A stretch of DNA of 64,000 nt from Biomphalaria glabrata (lineage: Eukaryota), in the NCBI RefSeq assembly GCF_947242115.1, contig NC_074716.1:24048637-24112636 (forward strand), given 5' to 3'. The position numbers and the translations under genes are program-made. The number at the start of each line of letters is the position of its first letter. Within the stretch, counting starts at the first letter, position 1. This document shows positions 38,085-49,500 of this stretch, piece after piece. Under the pieces are notes generated by a model. That model was not told where the DNA came from, ran no database searches, and saw only the letters and a list, made by a program, of their open reading frames with translations.

Positions 38085-38520
38085 ACGCTTCAATCAAATG
38101 GACATTCGCTCCTTAATGGGCATTCTCTTGCATGACTATCTTGCAAATAGCCATGTTCTGCTGGAGGCCGGTGTGGACAGTACAGAAGCACTAATCATTC
38201 AACAGCTTCGCTGGGTCAGACACTTATCCCGCATAGGGGACAAACGCATGCCAAGGAAAATCTTTTTTGGCTAGCTTAAAGTAAAACGGGCTAACTGAGG
38301 TACCACTCGTAAGTGCTATAAACATCAACTCAGGCGCCATTTTGCCTTCAGTGGCACAGAAGAAAGTAGCTGGCAGTAGATTACCTCTGGAAGAGACAGT
38401 TGGAGTCTTGGAAAGCTCTCAATAAGAACGCGGAAAAAAACCCTAGTAGAGGACAGGCGCATAAGACGTCAAGAAAACTTAATTAGACGCCGGCGAACAA
38501 TGGATTTGTCTGCATCAGGA
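38085..38520 (+). mobile_element. L2/CR1-like LINE 3-prime fragment (..HVLLEAGVDSTEALIIQQLRWVRHLSRIGDKRMPRKIFFG.LKVKRA..)
   Basis: Matches the conserved CR1/L2 ORF2 C-terminus (LQAG.PS...LL.QRRLRWLGHV.RM.DGRIPK..LYGEL..GKR). Confidence 0.65.
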
Positions 38521-38989
38521 GTGGACAAATATGCAGGTACTGTGTAATGTGAAACACTGCACTATTCATTAATCTTCAAAATCGAACACATAGCCGTTAC
38601 ACTGAAATGGAATGTCTATAGATCTTTTGGAATGAGTGAGATTTATTTTATTTAAAGAAAAGGCTTGTAGCTTCGGATTCAAATTGTTATTTAATTTGAC
38701 ATCATAAATATGCCAGCTTGTATTACTGGATTAGCTATCTGGAGCCACGTCACAAACTTACCAAAACAGAACTGAATCCACTTATTTCTTTGTGTTTAAA
38801 TAGTAGAAGCCATGCAATGATATTTGTCATCATATACCAATAAAAAGTAATATACAGCCGAATCATGCAGGTATCTATATATACAAATATTTTTGTAGGA
38901 GGGGAGAATTTTAAGTATTCCTTTTTTAGCCCTCTAGCAACACTCCCTCACAGGAAAAGTTCTGTCACTTATATCTGAATCTCTACCGT

Positions 38990-39725
38990 TGGCACTTTTT
39001 TTCCATTAAAATACACCACTTTTACAACTATTCACTAATAATTGTAACTAACACGGTAGGCTCTCTAGTAGGGGAGATAACTATTTACCATATTTTTAAC
39101 ACATTTATGCAAATGGTTTTAGACTTTTTGTTTAAAAATTCTTTTTTTTTACATTTGCATTACTATTTTATGTTAGTTTTGTCATACTTACTACTACATT
39201 TACTCAAAAATAATATTTGTTTGTTTTTTTAAGAGAAAAAAATCTATTTAGTATGCATATAAGTTGGACATAATTTAAAACAAAAATTAATAAGTAGGTT
39301 TTCATATTATCGCGTGAACTGTAGCGCCACCTAGAAATCATAAAACACTAAACTAAAGGAATTTTTTTTTTTACGGAAATGTTTTTTTTTTCTTTTTTTT
39401 TTTTTTTGAGGATTTGCATAAGAGATTGACCCTTTTTAAAACAATTAGATCAATTAAATATTCATTATAAGACATCAGTTAGGCCAGGTTCGCATTTAAC
39501 TTCACATTCACTTTTACTTATCCTTTGGGCTGCTGGACCCCTGGGGCACCACACAGGATCTGTCAACCTTTTTTCTCCATTCTTCTCTGCCATTTGTCTT
39601 TGATAGAATTTAATTCTGATGTTCTTTCTGAAAATATTGATACCTGCCTTTTTACCTGCCTGGGTGGACCACTTCAGGGGCCGATTTTGAGTTTGTGTTT
39701 CCACACAAACTGTCTTTGTAACCTT
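38990..39725 (-). repeat. Right arm of the ~700-bp inverted repeat pair
   Basis: See the left arm at 36355-37040. Confidence 0.7.
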
Positions 39726-39798
39726 GTTTTTTTTTTTTACGTTTTGGATGTTCTTTCAGATTTTAAAGCTAATTACATCCAATCCTAACCTTCCACAG

Positions 39799-39892
39799 GA
39801 CAACAGTAGACAGTGTTCAAACCTTAGAGACCACCGAACGTCAGTTCGGAGTGCATACCACACGACCAGGCAGCTACTCCTTCTTTGACGTT
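39799..39892 (+). CDS. Internal exon of an unidentified host gene (..TTVDSVQTLETTERQFGVHTTRPGSYSFFDV), donor gtaaga
   Basis: Acceptor ccttccacag. Open frame ends at a strong donor. Requires a phase-2 upstream exon that I did not find. Confidence 0.35.
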
Positions 39893-39958
39893 GTAAGATA
39901 TAATCAAACGTACTGTTATTCACTTCAGAATTGTTCTATGGTATTGTTTCTTCTGCAG

Positions 39959-40050
39959 GTATTCAATGATGACACCTATAGGCCTACCAATCATATTAGT
40001 GGTAAACATGTTTTGGGCTATTATTTCCTCTCTACTAGGAATGGAGACAG
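39959..40050 (+). CDS. Internal exon (VFNDDTYRPTNHISGKHVLGYYFLSTRNGD..), phase-2 end, donor gtaaat
   Basis: Acceptor tattgtttcttctgcag. The intervening 66-nt intron is in frame without stops, so a read-through exon cannot be excluded. Confidence 0.35.
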
Positions 40051-41573
40051 GTAAATAACTCAAGTCGTTTGAATAGTCACACCAAAACAACGAGGCACAC
40101 GCATAGTAATGGCAATGTATTCATTGACGAATGTTAAGGATGAGTGCACTGTTTCCAATGACTACGCAAACCCTGTTTCGACCTACATAGTTTTCCGTAT
40201 CTCGTGCGGACAAAGTGGTTGTTTACCGGCAGTGCATACATATAATGTACATAGATAAAGGCCAAACAGTGGACCAAAGTTTATTGAGATTAAATGGTGG
40301 ATTAAATAAAGCAAAATAAAGGGCAGTCCTGTCCAGAAGAAGAATTACGGACCTTCCGATCGTGACGACCTGTGACGTGGCAACGAGCTATTGGTCTAAA
40401 CTGCCCACAGTTATGATACCTCTTATAGTGATTGGTCTTCCCTGACCATAGTTTGTCACGTCACGGTTCAGTGTTCAGGCCTACTGTGGCGATTAGTCTC
40501 CCGTGACGAGCATCAAGATATATTTTCGCTGCAGAAAATCCTTATGGTATAATTCTCAACATTACTTATTAATGAAAATAAGATGAAGTGAATTAATCTT
40601 TAAAAATTTGTGGGCGGCCCCTGCGGATCATTCAGATTTTTTTTATTACTTGCATTTGACCTATTTCAATCCTATGCCGAATGGGACTAATCTAAACCAA
40701 CGTTTACGATAAGTTCAAAGGGGCGCAATCCCGCTATGAGTTTATTTTAAAGAGTAAGTTACGTAAAAAATAAAAAGCCCAGTTTGTCAGCATCTTTCAG
40801 AAATTGTCATTAAAATATATTTTTATTTGATACAATTGAAATGTATGTCCAATTAAATAGAGCAAACGCTTGCGTTGAGTTTTTTTTTTCTTTTTACCAG
40901 TTTAAAAACAAATATTAATTAAATATATACTTTTAAGAATTAATTTTTAATAGTCCTAAATCAATAAAGTTTATCAGTAGTGAAACTAATATAATGAAAA
41001 TAACAGATAAAAAAATAAAAAATCCAATTCAAATAATATTTTGATTGGAATGTATCAATGAATTGTCGGTTAGCGAGGTGAGCTTTAGGATATATGGGAA
41101 ATGCAGAGTTGTTTTTACAAAATTTATAACAACTTACTCTGTCTGATTGGTAAAAAGCCCATCACCAAACTATAATCCTCTACACTCTACACCACTATCC
41201 AGATTTAGTATATTAATCTAGACCACTGTCTTTTAATATTGGATCTTATTCATGAAATTTACATTTATTTCACTTTGAGTAGACTTGTACATGCGCTTTT
41301 CATTTTTTTAAATCTTTCATTCATTAGTTATTAATAGAAACGTCGTCGCTCTTACAAGAAGTCATCAGATTATTCAAGGAGGAATGGTCTTTTACATTTA
41401 ATTTCTGTTACTTCTTTCCCTCCCTTTCCCCCACGTAACTCGTTTCAAAACTTATTGTAACATTCTGACAGAAAGCAGACAAATGTTTTCGAACGAATAT
41501 CAATTGTTTCATTAATTTTGTTAGTCTTTATCTGCTTCGCTGTCAGCTAATTTATTTTTATTTTATTTGTCAG

Positions 41574-42276
41574 CACTCTAAGACACAGCACCAACAATCC
41601 ATGGCTGGACAACCTTTGTGCCAGACCCGTCAATGAGATCCTCAGCAAGTCCCATGTCCAGTTTCCAATGGTGAAAGGACGTCCATTCTGGTCACATACG
41701 AAGCCTACGCAAGGGGAACAATCGTTATTGAAAGCCTGGGAACAAAACTCCAACATGTCTCGAGCGTCAAGAGGAGATAGTTCCCGAAGGGGCAAGCACT
41801 GGTCTCATCCGGGGCTTGTGAACATTAGTGACAGCGCATTTCCGGACGAGGTAGCCCAGGTAACTAGCGCTGGGGGCGCTGCTCCGAGGTATGGCGGACA
41901 CACGTTCAAGCTGAGCAATGAGCCAGATGACCACAGTGACGACGATACAATGATGTCGCTTGAGAAACAACTTGAAGGGCCGGTGGTCGTGTCGTGTACC
42001 ATACAGGAGCTACCACTGAAATCAGCTCGGTCAGAGCAAAGGAAGTCTTACAAACCTGCAGTACGCCTACCAAAGCTCAAAAAGGTGAAGAAGAAGACTA
42101 AAGACCAGACCCCAGAAACTGACTTATCTGGTTCCGATCCTGTTACAGAATGTACGCACCAGACGACATCGTCAGCAGACAGCGGAATACTAGAAAAACC
42201 TTCCGTGAATGTCAGGCCGTCGTCCATTATAAACATATTGCATCCGACTACAGATGACATACAAATCAATTATTGA
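41574..42276 (+). CDS. Terminal exon of the same gene (..STLRHSTNNPWLDNLCARPVNEILSKSHVQFPMVKGRPFW...TDDIQINY*). Ser/Lys-rich C-terminal region
   Basis: Strong acceptor ttttattttatttgtcag. The phase-2 join (ag+c gives AGC) keeps a 234-codon open frame to the stop at 42274-42276. Confidence 0.4.
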
Positions 42277-42879
42277 TAGGTGGCGGGGGGAGGGCTGATG
42301 CAATATAAAAATACATTGAAACATAAAAAAAAGGTGATCAAGATAATTTAAGATACTTAATTTATTTTTTTACACAATTTGTGTAATTTCTACACACAAA
42401 AAATACGTCCTCCCAGTTTGTTGATTGATGTGATCGCCCCTACCGACTCCCACCCGCCGGATCCGACAGTGACACATTAGGCCTATATGAACAACTAGGT
42501 TTTATAATGTTATGATAGCTGACTTTTCTTTCATAGAAGGTTCATAGAAGGTTCCAGCAGTCAAATGGATCCAATTAAAGACAAGGAATTAATGCCAATC
42601 AAGCGAAGCACTTTTCAAATGCTCTATAAAACTATTTACATGATCATTGACCATCTATTTATTTACCACAACGGGACCATTATACCGCTACGTGCCTCGT
42701 CTGAAACTTGATATGAAAGTCCAGAACAGTGTGAATTTCATAATTAGAAATGTTAACATCCACTTTAGTTAAAGTATTGAAACCACTTCTAAAACACATA
42801 TAGGATAATTCATCACAAACGCCGAAATCACCATAAAAACGCACCAGGCCCATGGAAAGTACCTTTTTCACACCTTTCC

Positions 42880-43067
42880 ATCTATTGGTCATATGCTGTA
42901 AAGCTTGTCTGTTTCTGTAGTCCAAGGTGTGGCCATCACAACGACCTTTACTTTTTCAACTAATGTCAGGTACGCCCTTAAAAATTCCGAAATTCAAATT
43001 CGAACCCGAGGAGACCCCTCTGTTTGAAAGCCAAGCGCTTGACCACTCAGCCACCTCGCCCACCTGT
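42880..43067 (-). mobile_element. Internally deleted SINE copy (head and tail of the tRNA-derived family)
   Basis: Reverse complement gives ggtgggcgaggtggctgagtggtcaagcgcttggc...ggttcgaat, and a tail gtaaaggtcgttgtgatggccac. Confidence 0.6.
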
Positions 43068-43077
43068 TCGTAACTTA

Positions 43078-44030
43078 CTTTTTGATTAGTTTGTCCTTTC
43101 AACTCTTCTGATTAGTTTGACCTTTCAACTCTTCTGATTAGTTTGTCTTTCAACTCTTCTGATTAGTTTGTCCTTTCAACTCTTCTGATTAGTTAGTCTT
43201 TCAACTCTTCTGATTAGTTTGACCTTTCAACTCTTCTGATTAGTTTGACCTTTCAACTCTTCTGATTAGTTTGACCTTTCAACTCTCTGATTAGTTTGAA
43301 CTTTCAACTCTTCTGATTAGTTTGTCTTCCAACTCTTCTGTTTAGTTTGACCTTTCAACTCTTCTGATTAGTTTGAACTTTTCAACTCTTCTGATTAGTT
43401 TGTCTTTCAACTCTTCTGATTAGTTTGTCTTTCAACTCTTCTGATTAGTTTGTCCTTTCAACTCTTCTGATTAGTTTGACCTTTCAACTCTTCTGATTAG
43501 TTTGTCTTTCAACTCTTCTGATTAGTTTGTCTTTCAACTCTTCTGATTAGTTTGAACTTTCAACTCTTCTGATTAGTTTGTCTTTCAACTCTTCTGATTA
43601 GTTTGACCTTTCAACTCTTCTGATTAGTTTGTCTTTCAACTCTTCTGATTAGTTTGTCTTTCAACTCTTCTGATTAGTTTGACCTTTCAACTCTTCTGAT
43701 TAGTTTGTCTTTCAACTCTTCTGATTAGTATGACCTTTCAACTCTTCTGATTAGTTTGACCTTTCAACTCTTCTGATTAGTTTGACCTTTCAACTCTTCT
43801 GATTAGTTTGTCTTTCAACTCTTCTGATTAGTTTGAACTTTCAACTCTTCTGATTAGTTTGTCCTTTCAACTCTTCTGATTAGTTTGACCTTTCAACTCT
43901 TCTGATTAGTTTGTCTTTCAACTCTTCTGATTAGTTTGACCTTTCAACTCTTCTGATTAGTTTGTCTTTCAACTCTTCTGATTAGTTTGACCTTTCAACT
44001 CTTCTGATTAGTTTGACCTTTCAACTCTTC
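43078..44030. repeat. Minisatellite, ~31-32 bp unit (tctgattagtttgacctttcaactcttc) x ~30
   Basis: Direct reading. Confidence 0.95.
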
Positions 44031-45379
44031 TATTCTAATTTTTTTCTCTGTTCTCGTAACGTTTTGAGCCAGCATCAAGTTACTGGACAGTGCTATAGAC
44101 ATTAAAGTGTTAGTGTCAATATTAGCAGCACATATCGTCAAGTTCTGTTGACATTATCCAAGTGGATAAGACGAAACAAGCATGTCAATCGGTCACTTAA
44201 GTTTCTATGGGAAATGCAGTTGTATTTAGATTGTATTACTAGTCTGGTGTGTTCTTACTGCAGTGATACTTTTGTTTACATTATATATGCTTAGATTTGA
44301 TCTAATACAAATGTACTTCTCATAAAAAGTTTCTCTTGTCTTCACATTTTTAAAACACCTGGACTTGTTTGTTCATTAAATCTTGTGCTAGGAGTTTCAA
44401 ACAGCAAACCATATTCAGAAGTTGGTTGCTCACAGGAACTCAAGTGTATGGCAAATCGTCACTTAAGAACCAGTTTCATCTACTTGTAAATAACATTCTC
44501 GAGCCATAGAGCTACAGTTTATGTTGAACATTGCGTCAAGCTCAAATTAACACTAAACTATTTTTTTTAAACTCTCATGCTGTACATTACTATATCAGTA
44601 TGTAATTAAGGGCCTACTCAGTGAGGCACCAGGCTTGAAAATGGATAGATTTAAAGACCGTGTTGTACATTATAACAGCACTATTCTTAATAACCCATAA
44701 ATATATAACGTCTAAAGTTATTATACATAACCCTTGACCTTTTAAGGACCTGTCTCTACACACTTTCTTCTTAACCCATCCAATGTCCCTCTGTATTATC
44801 TGGTTACTTTGAATTGCTTTTTACCAAACTTATATCAACTCACTTTGTCTGTCTGTCAAAACTGTATACACGTTATTTCTCCCACTTCCCATTGTCGGAT
44901 CAAGTTGAAACGTGGCACAATTATTTATTGTTGATGACAACACATGAATCCAAAATAATTAACCTATTAATTAATCAATTACTCGTATACACACCTAATT
45001 ATTTTATATGGAAAATTGGAAATACATTAAACTAATGGAAGATAACCCTTGCAATAATAAAAGATACGGAGGGGATTGAACGGTGCTCTCCTCCCAAAAA
45101 GCGAATTGGACTCTTCTCAACATGCAACAAAACAAACGCGTAAAAGTTGCAGTATCATCAGAGTAATTTACGCGATTGTGTACAGTTATGATCGATTCAA
45201 GAATAATTAATGCAATCTCAATCTATATAAGCGAAGCTCCTACTAAAAAAAGTATTTTAATATTTGTCGATATTTCTTTCATACTTTAGCAGGCACTGGT
45301 CCATTCAGTTTTGTGGACCCGTAGGGGAGGGATGAGTTAGTGAGAACGTATGAAATTGAATTTTGAAAATCAACCATGC

Positions 45380-46110
45380 AAGCAGTTGTTGTTTGTTTTT
45401 TAATAAAAATACACCATTTTTACAACTATTCACTAATAATAGTAACAGACACAGGAGGCTATTTAGTAAGGGAGATGACTATTTACCATATGCTTAACAC
45501 ATTTATGCTAACGGTGCAGATTTTTTGTCAAATATTTTATTTTACCAATGTATTGCTAAGTAAAGTAAGTTCTGTCATATTGACTAATACAGCTATACAT
45601 TTTTAAAAACTTTTTTTTAAAAAAGAGAACAAATCTATTTATTATAAGTGAAACATATTTTAAAACAACAATCAATACGTAGTTATTTATGTTATCTCAT
45701 GAACTACAGTACCGGTATGTCAACATAGGACACTTAACCAAAGGAATTTGTTTTAAGCAACATATTTCTTATTTCTTGAGGCTTTGAATAAGAGATTAAC
45801 CCTTTACAAAACAATTAGATCCATTAGATATTCATTATATGACATCTATTAGGCCAGGTTCACATTTAAGTTCACTTTCACTTATTACTATCCCTTAGTC
45901 TGCTAGACCGTTGACATGATCTGTCAACCTTCTTTGTCCATTCTTCTCAGTCATTTGCCGTTTATAAAATTTCATTCAGATATTTTTACTGAAAATATTG
46001 AAATCAGCCTTTTTACCTGCCTGGATGGACTACTTCGGGGGCCGACCGGGGCCGATTTTGAGTTTGTGTTTCCACACAAACTGTCTTTGTAACCTTGTTT
46101 TTCTTTCCTT
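45380..46110 (-). repeat. Solo third copy of the ~700-bp interspersed repeat (same orientation as 38990-39725)
   Basis: Aligns with 38990-39725 over its length. Confidence 0.65.
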
Positions 46111-46477
46111 TTGTTCTTTAATTCTAACAGTTACTTAAGGGTCTTAAAATAAATTCATTAACATATTGTTTTATTTTGTTACGTAACAAATATCCAGATC
46201 CTTTTCCCCTTGTAACTAATCATAACAAATGTTTATACCTCTATCCCCTTGTAACTAATTGTAGTGATGGGCAAAAGTTAACTAAAAAGTTGCTAACTTT
46301 TAGTTTAACTAAAAAAAATTAGTTAAGGCCAAAGTTTAATTAAAAAAAAAAGTCTAGTTAAAATCCTAGTTTAATTTTTTTTTTTTAGTTACAAACTAAA
46401 AAATTTAATTACAAATTTTACAAACTTTTTTAACATACATACCAATAAATATTTAGATCTATGCAATTTGGAGAATA

Positions 46478-46707
46478 TATTGTAATAACATAAGTGAGGC
46501 AACTCAACGAGGACATACACGTTTATTTACATAGAGACATGACAAACACAAAGGGCATCTGCCTTGAGTACACCATCTCCATATTGGCTCTCTCCTTGGG
46601 AGGAAATCGTTAGTCTCTTCATGTCAACATCCTGTTCTAGTTTGGTTACTAGAAGTGCGCATCTCTGCACTAGCCTGGATGGTGGTGCGCATGGCAAAGT
46701 CATAACA
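46478..46707. repeat. Direct repeat copy 1 (~230 bp) immediately 3-prime of the SAP ORF
   Basis: Near-identical to 48253-48502 (attgtaataac...gtgaggcaactcaacgaggacata...ggcaaagtcataaca). Confidence 0.85.
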
Positions 46708-46718
46708 TTGCCCCCGTC

Positions 46719-48203
46719 TTAGCACTTTTCGTCCCGAAAAGAAACACTGCAGTGGAGCTTTGACAGTTCAGGTGGAGGTCGATCTGTGGGAACCACAGAC
46801 GTTAGGGTGCCTGTTGCCCACAAATCCATCTGCACAGTTTCCCGTGGTCGTCGCTTCCTCTTCTTCCAGTTGGCAAGTCTACGCTTGAGGAGATATCGTG
46901 GTCGCTGCTTCGACCTCATGACGATAGTCGGTGATGCCAGCCAGCTGACACAGGGAGAGTTAGTGGAGGTCAGGGTTGCCAGCCACGTAACACAAATGGA
47001 TGTTGTGACGATCACCGTAGATTCCAGGGTTGTTGTTCTAAGACGCTGAGTCAGCGGACCTTTTCCATAGACGTGTTGTGACACAGTTGTAGGCCCACAG
47101 CTAGCCATGGTTTCAAGCACATAGTCTTTCTCAGCTTCATCTGTAAGGTATGCCCATGAAGCATCCTTGTAATGTTCATCCACCACTACATCAGGTTTCG
47201 CTGGGATTAATTCACCACCGTTCAAGTCACTTTCACTGATGTGGGCAGAAGTACACATTTCTGTCAAGTTCAGGTCTTGTAGCTGGGTTTCTTGGCATGG
47301 GCACTGTCCCCACAGGACGCCGCATATACAGTTCATGTCAATCGCCTGGATGCAATTGCCAAGCATCGAGTTCTCTCTTATGCCGCTGCCAAAGTCAAAT
47401 TCGTTGTTTCTGCCTCGGCCATTGTTGGGGCCCGTATTCGCAATTTCACCCGACGACATCCAAGGCAAGGAATCAGAAACGGTCTTGAGGCTTTCATGGT
47501 TTGAGTTCTTATCAAAGGTACTGACAGATAAACAGAGGTCTTTAAGGTCCATAGCAGCCAGCTTGGACGCAGACCCAACGTTGTCTTGATCTGTCCGGCT
47601 CGTTGCAGGTATACCAGGAACAAAAGTTTCAGGCTCATAACAGACTTCTCTAGTTTCTTCATTTTTTTCTTTTCTTTCAATTCTGTATATCCCATTGATA
47701 TCGCCGCAGCAATCGTTGGCACGTTTCTCGCCATGAAAGTCATCCCCGCCAGACTTGCCCACAACACAGTCACAGACAGCGCTCCAATCCCCAGCGCCTC
47801 CATCACCACTGTTTGTGCAGCCACAGTCCTGACCAGGCAACTGCTCCTTCCCTAACGAGTTTATTCCTCCTTTTGCTAGCGACACAATTTTATCACTTTG
47901 GTCTATTTGGCCTTCTACTTGCAATACACTTTCATCTACTTTACTCCCCATCCTATTAATTTGTGCACGCATTGCATCAATTTCTTCCTGTACCCTGCCA
48001 AAGAACTCAACAATCCCAAGTTCAATTTCAAATGTGTAGGTCTCCGGATCTTCTTCTTCATCGACCAAGGCTTGCCGCAGACGATCCGTGAGCGTTTCCC
48101 TGCTACCGAGGGATTTTAAACCTAGATCTAGGTCCCGAAGCTCTTGTCGTAGCTCTTTAATTGAGAGCTGATGTAATACCTTCAAATATGTCATTGTAAT
48201 CAA
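46719..48203 (-). CDS. 494-codon ORF (first ATG at 48194, 491 aa). Has an N-terminal SAP-like motif (LSIKELRQELRDLDLGLKSLGSRETLTDRLRQAL), an acidic region, Cys clusters, and a basic NLS-like C-terminus (KRRLANWKKRKRRPR). Function unknown
   Basis: Long uninterrupted ORF on the minus strand inside the hAT-like element. No BED finger, DDE or hATC motifs are recognisable. Confidence 0.5.
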   Translation of the reverse strand: MITMTYLKVLHQLSIKELRQELRDLDLGLKSLGSRETLTDRLRQALVDEEEDPETYTFEIELGIVEFFGRVQEEIDAMRAQINRMGSKVDESVLQVEGQIDQSDKIVSLAKGGINSLGKEQLPGQDCGCTNSGDGGAGDWSAVCDCVVGKSGGDDFHGEKRANDCCGDINGIYRIERKEKNEETREVCYEPETFVPGIPATSRTDQDNVGSASKLAAMDLKDLCLSVSTFDKNSNHESLKTVSDSLPWMSSGEIANTGPNNGRGRNNEFDFGSGIRENSMLGNCIQAIDMNCICGVLWGQCPCQETQLQDLNLTEMCTSAHISESDLNGGELIPAKPDVVVDEHYKDASWAYLTDEAEKDYVLETMASCGPTTVSQHVYGKGPLTQRLRTTTLESTVIVTTSICVTWLATLTSTNSPCVSWLASPTIVMRSKQRPRYLLKRRLANWKKRKRRPRETVQMDLWATGTLTSVVPTDRPPPELSKLHCSVSFRDEKC

Positions 48204-48252
48204 AGCCTACCTCCTCTCGTTGAGTTGCCAATAATCCCACTTCTGACAACCA

Positions 48253-48502
48253 ATTGTAATAACTTAAGTGAGGCAACTCAACGAGGACATAGACGTTTAT
48301 TTACATAGAGACATGACAAACACAAAGGGCATCTGCCTTGAGTACAGCATCTCCATATTAGCTCTCTCCTTGGGCGGAAATCGTTAGTCTCTTCATGTCA
48401 ACATCCTGTTCTAGTTTGGTTACTAGTAATTACTAGAAGTTACTAGAAGTGCGCATCTCTGTACTAACCTGGATGGTGGTGCGCATGGCAAAGTCATAAC
48501 AA
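48253..48502. repeat. Direct repeat copy 2 (~250 bp) 49 bp 5-prime of the SAP ORF
   Basis: See copy 1. Contains a small tactagaagt expansion. Confidence 0.85.
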
Positions 48503-48699
48503 TATATAATGGATAATAGAGAGGAGAATAAACTAGAGGGTGCAGGTCACTAGAAAGCCTTTTGACCTTTACCTTATAATGGTCGCTATTCCCGCCAATT
48601 CAAGGTATTTGAAAGGCGAGAAAAATAAACGTGTTCATTATATTTCTAGCAAGTTTCGCTGCTTGATAAATCCCGATAATTCCTTGCTTCTATAGATCT

Positions 48700-49500
48700 A
48701 CATTTTGCAGCTTTTTATTAAACTCCAGAATTTAGCTTTACTATAGATCTAAAAGAAATGTCGACTCTTTTTATTTTAAAACTTTTTACTAGATAGATCT
48801 AGAGTTAGAGTCTAGTGAAGTCTAGCCTATTAGTATTAGACTATTACTACTATTAGATCTATAGTCTATAATAATCTATATTTAATTATTTAAGTCTCTT
48901 AGTCTTAAGTAGAGTCTAACTCTTAGTAGGCCTAGTCTTAGTCTTAGATCTAGAAAATCTAGATGTAAATTTAAAATTATAAGTAAATAATATAGATCTA
49001 TTAATTGGTTTAGAGATTATACAATATAAAATTAGAGTCTAGATATATCTAGATTACTTATTATACTTAAGACCTGAGATGCATAGATGATAGATCTATA
49101 ATGAGTGACTATAATACTAATAATAGTCGTCACTATACTAGATCTAATACTAAATTAACTAAATCTAGACTAGATCTACATCTACTTCTATTATAATTAT
49201 ACTTATATCTACTATCTAGATTCTAGATCTATTAGATCTAGTATTATCTACTAGAGTATATAGACATAGATCTAAATACCCATATCTAGTTATAATCATA
49301 ATTATAATAATCTAAAATCTCTAGATCAAGAGTTACTAAGATATCTACTAGACTCTATCTAGATTTTAGATCATCTAGTAGTAGTAGTAGTAGTAACTAG
49401 TATTTCTTAGATTATTTTTAGATCTAGGTCTAGTAGTAGCTAGATCTAATTCTAGATCCAGATTATATTTCTGATCATTTCGTTTGTAGAAGATATTAGA
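48700..49500. repeat. Low-complexity tagatcta / tctaga-rich palindromic tract
   Basis: Dense recurrence of agatct, tctaga and tagtag. Similar tracts at 58300-58480. Confidence 0.8.
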
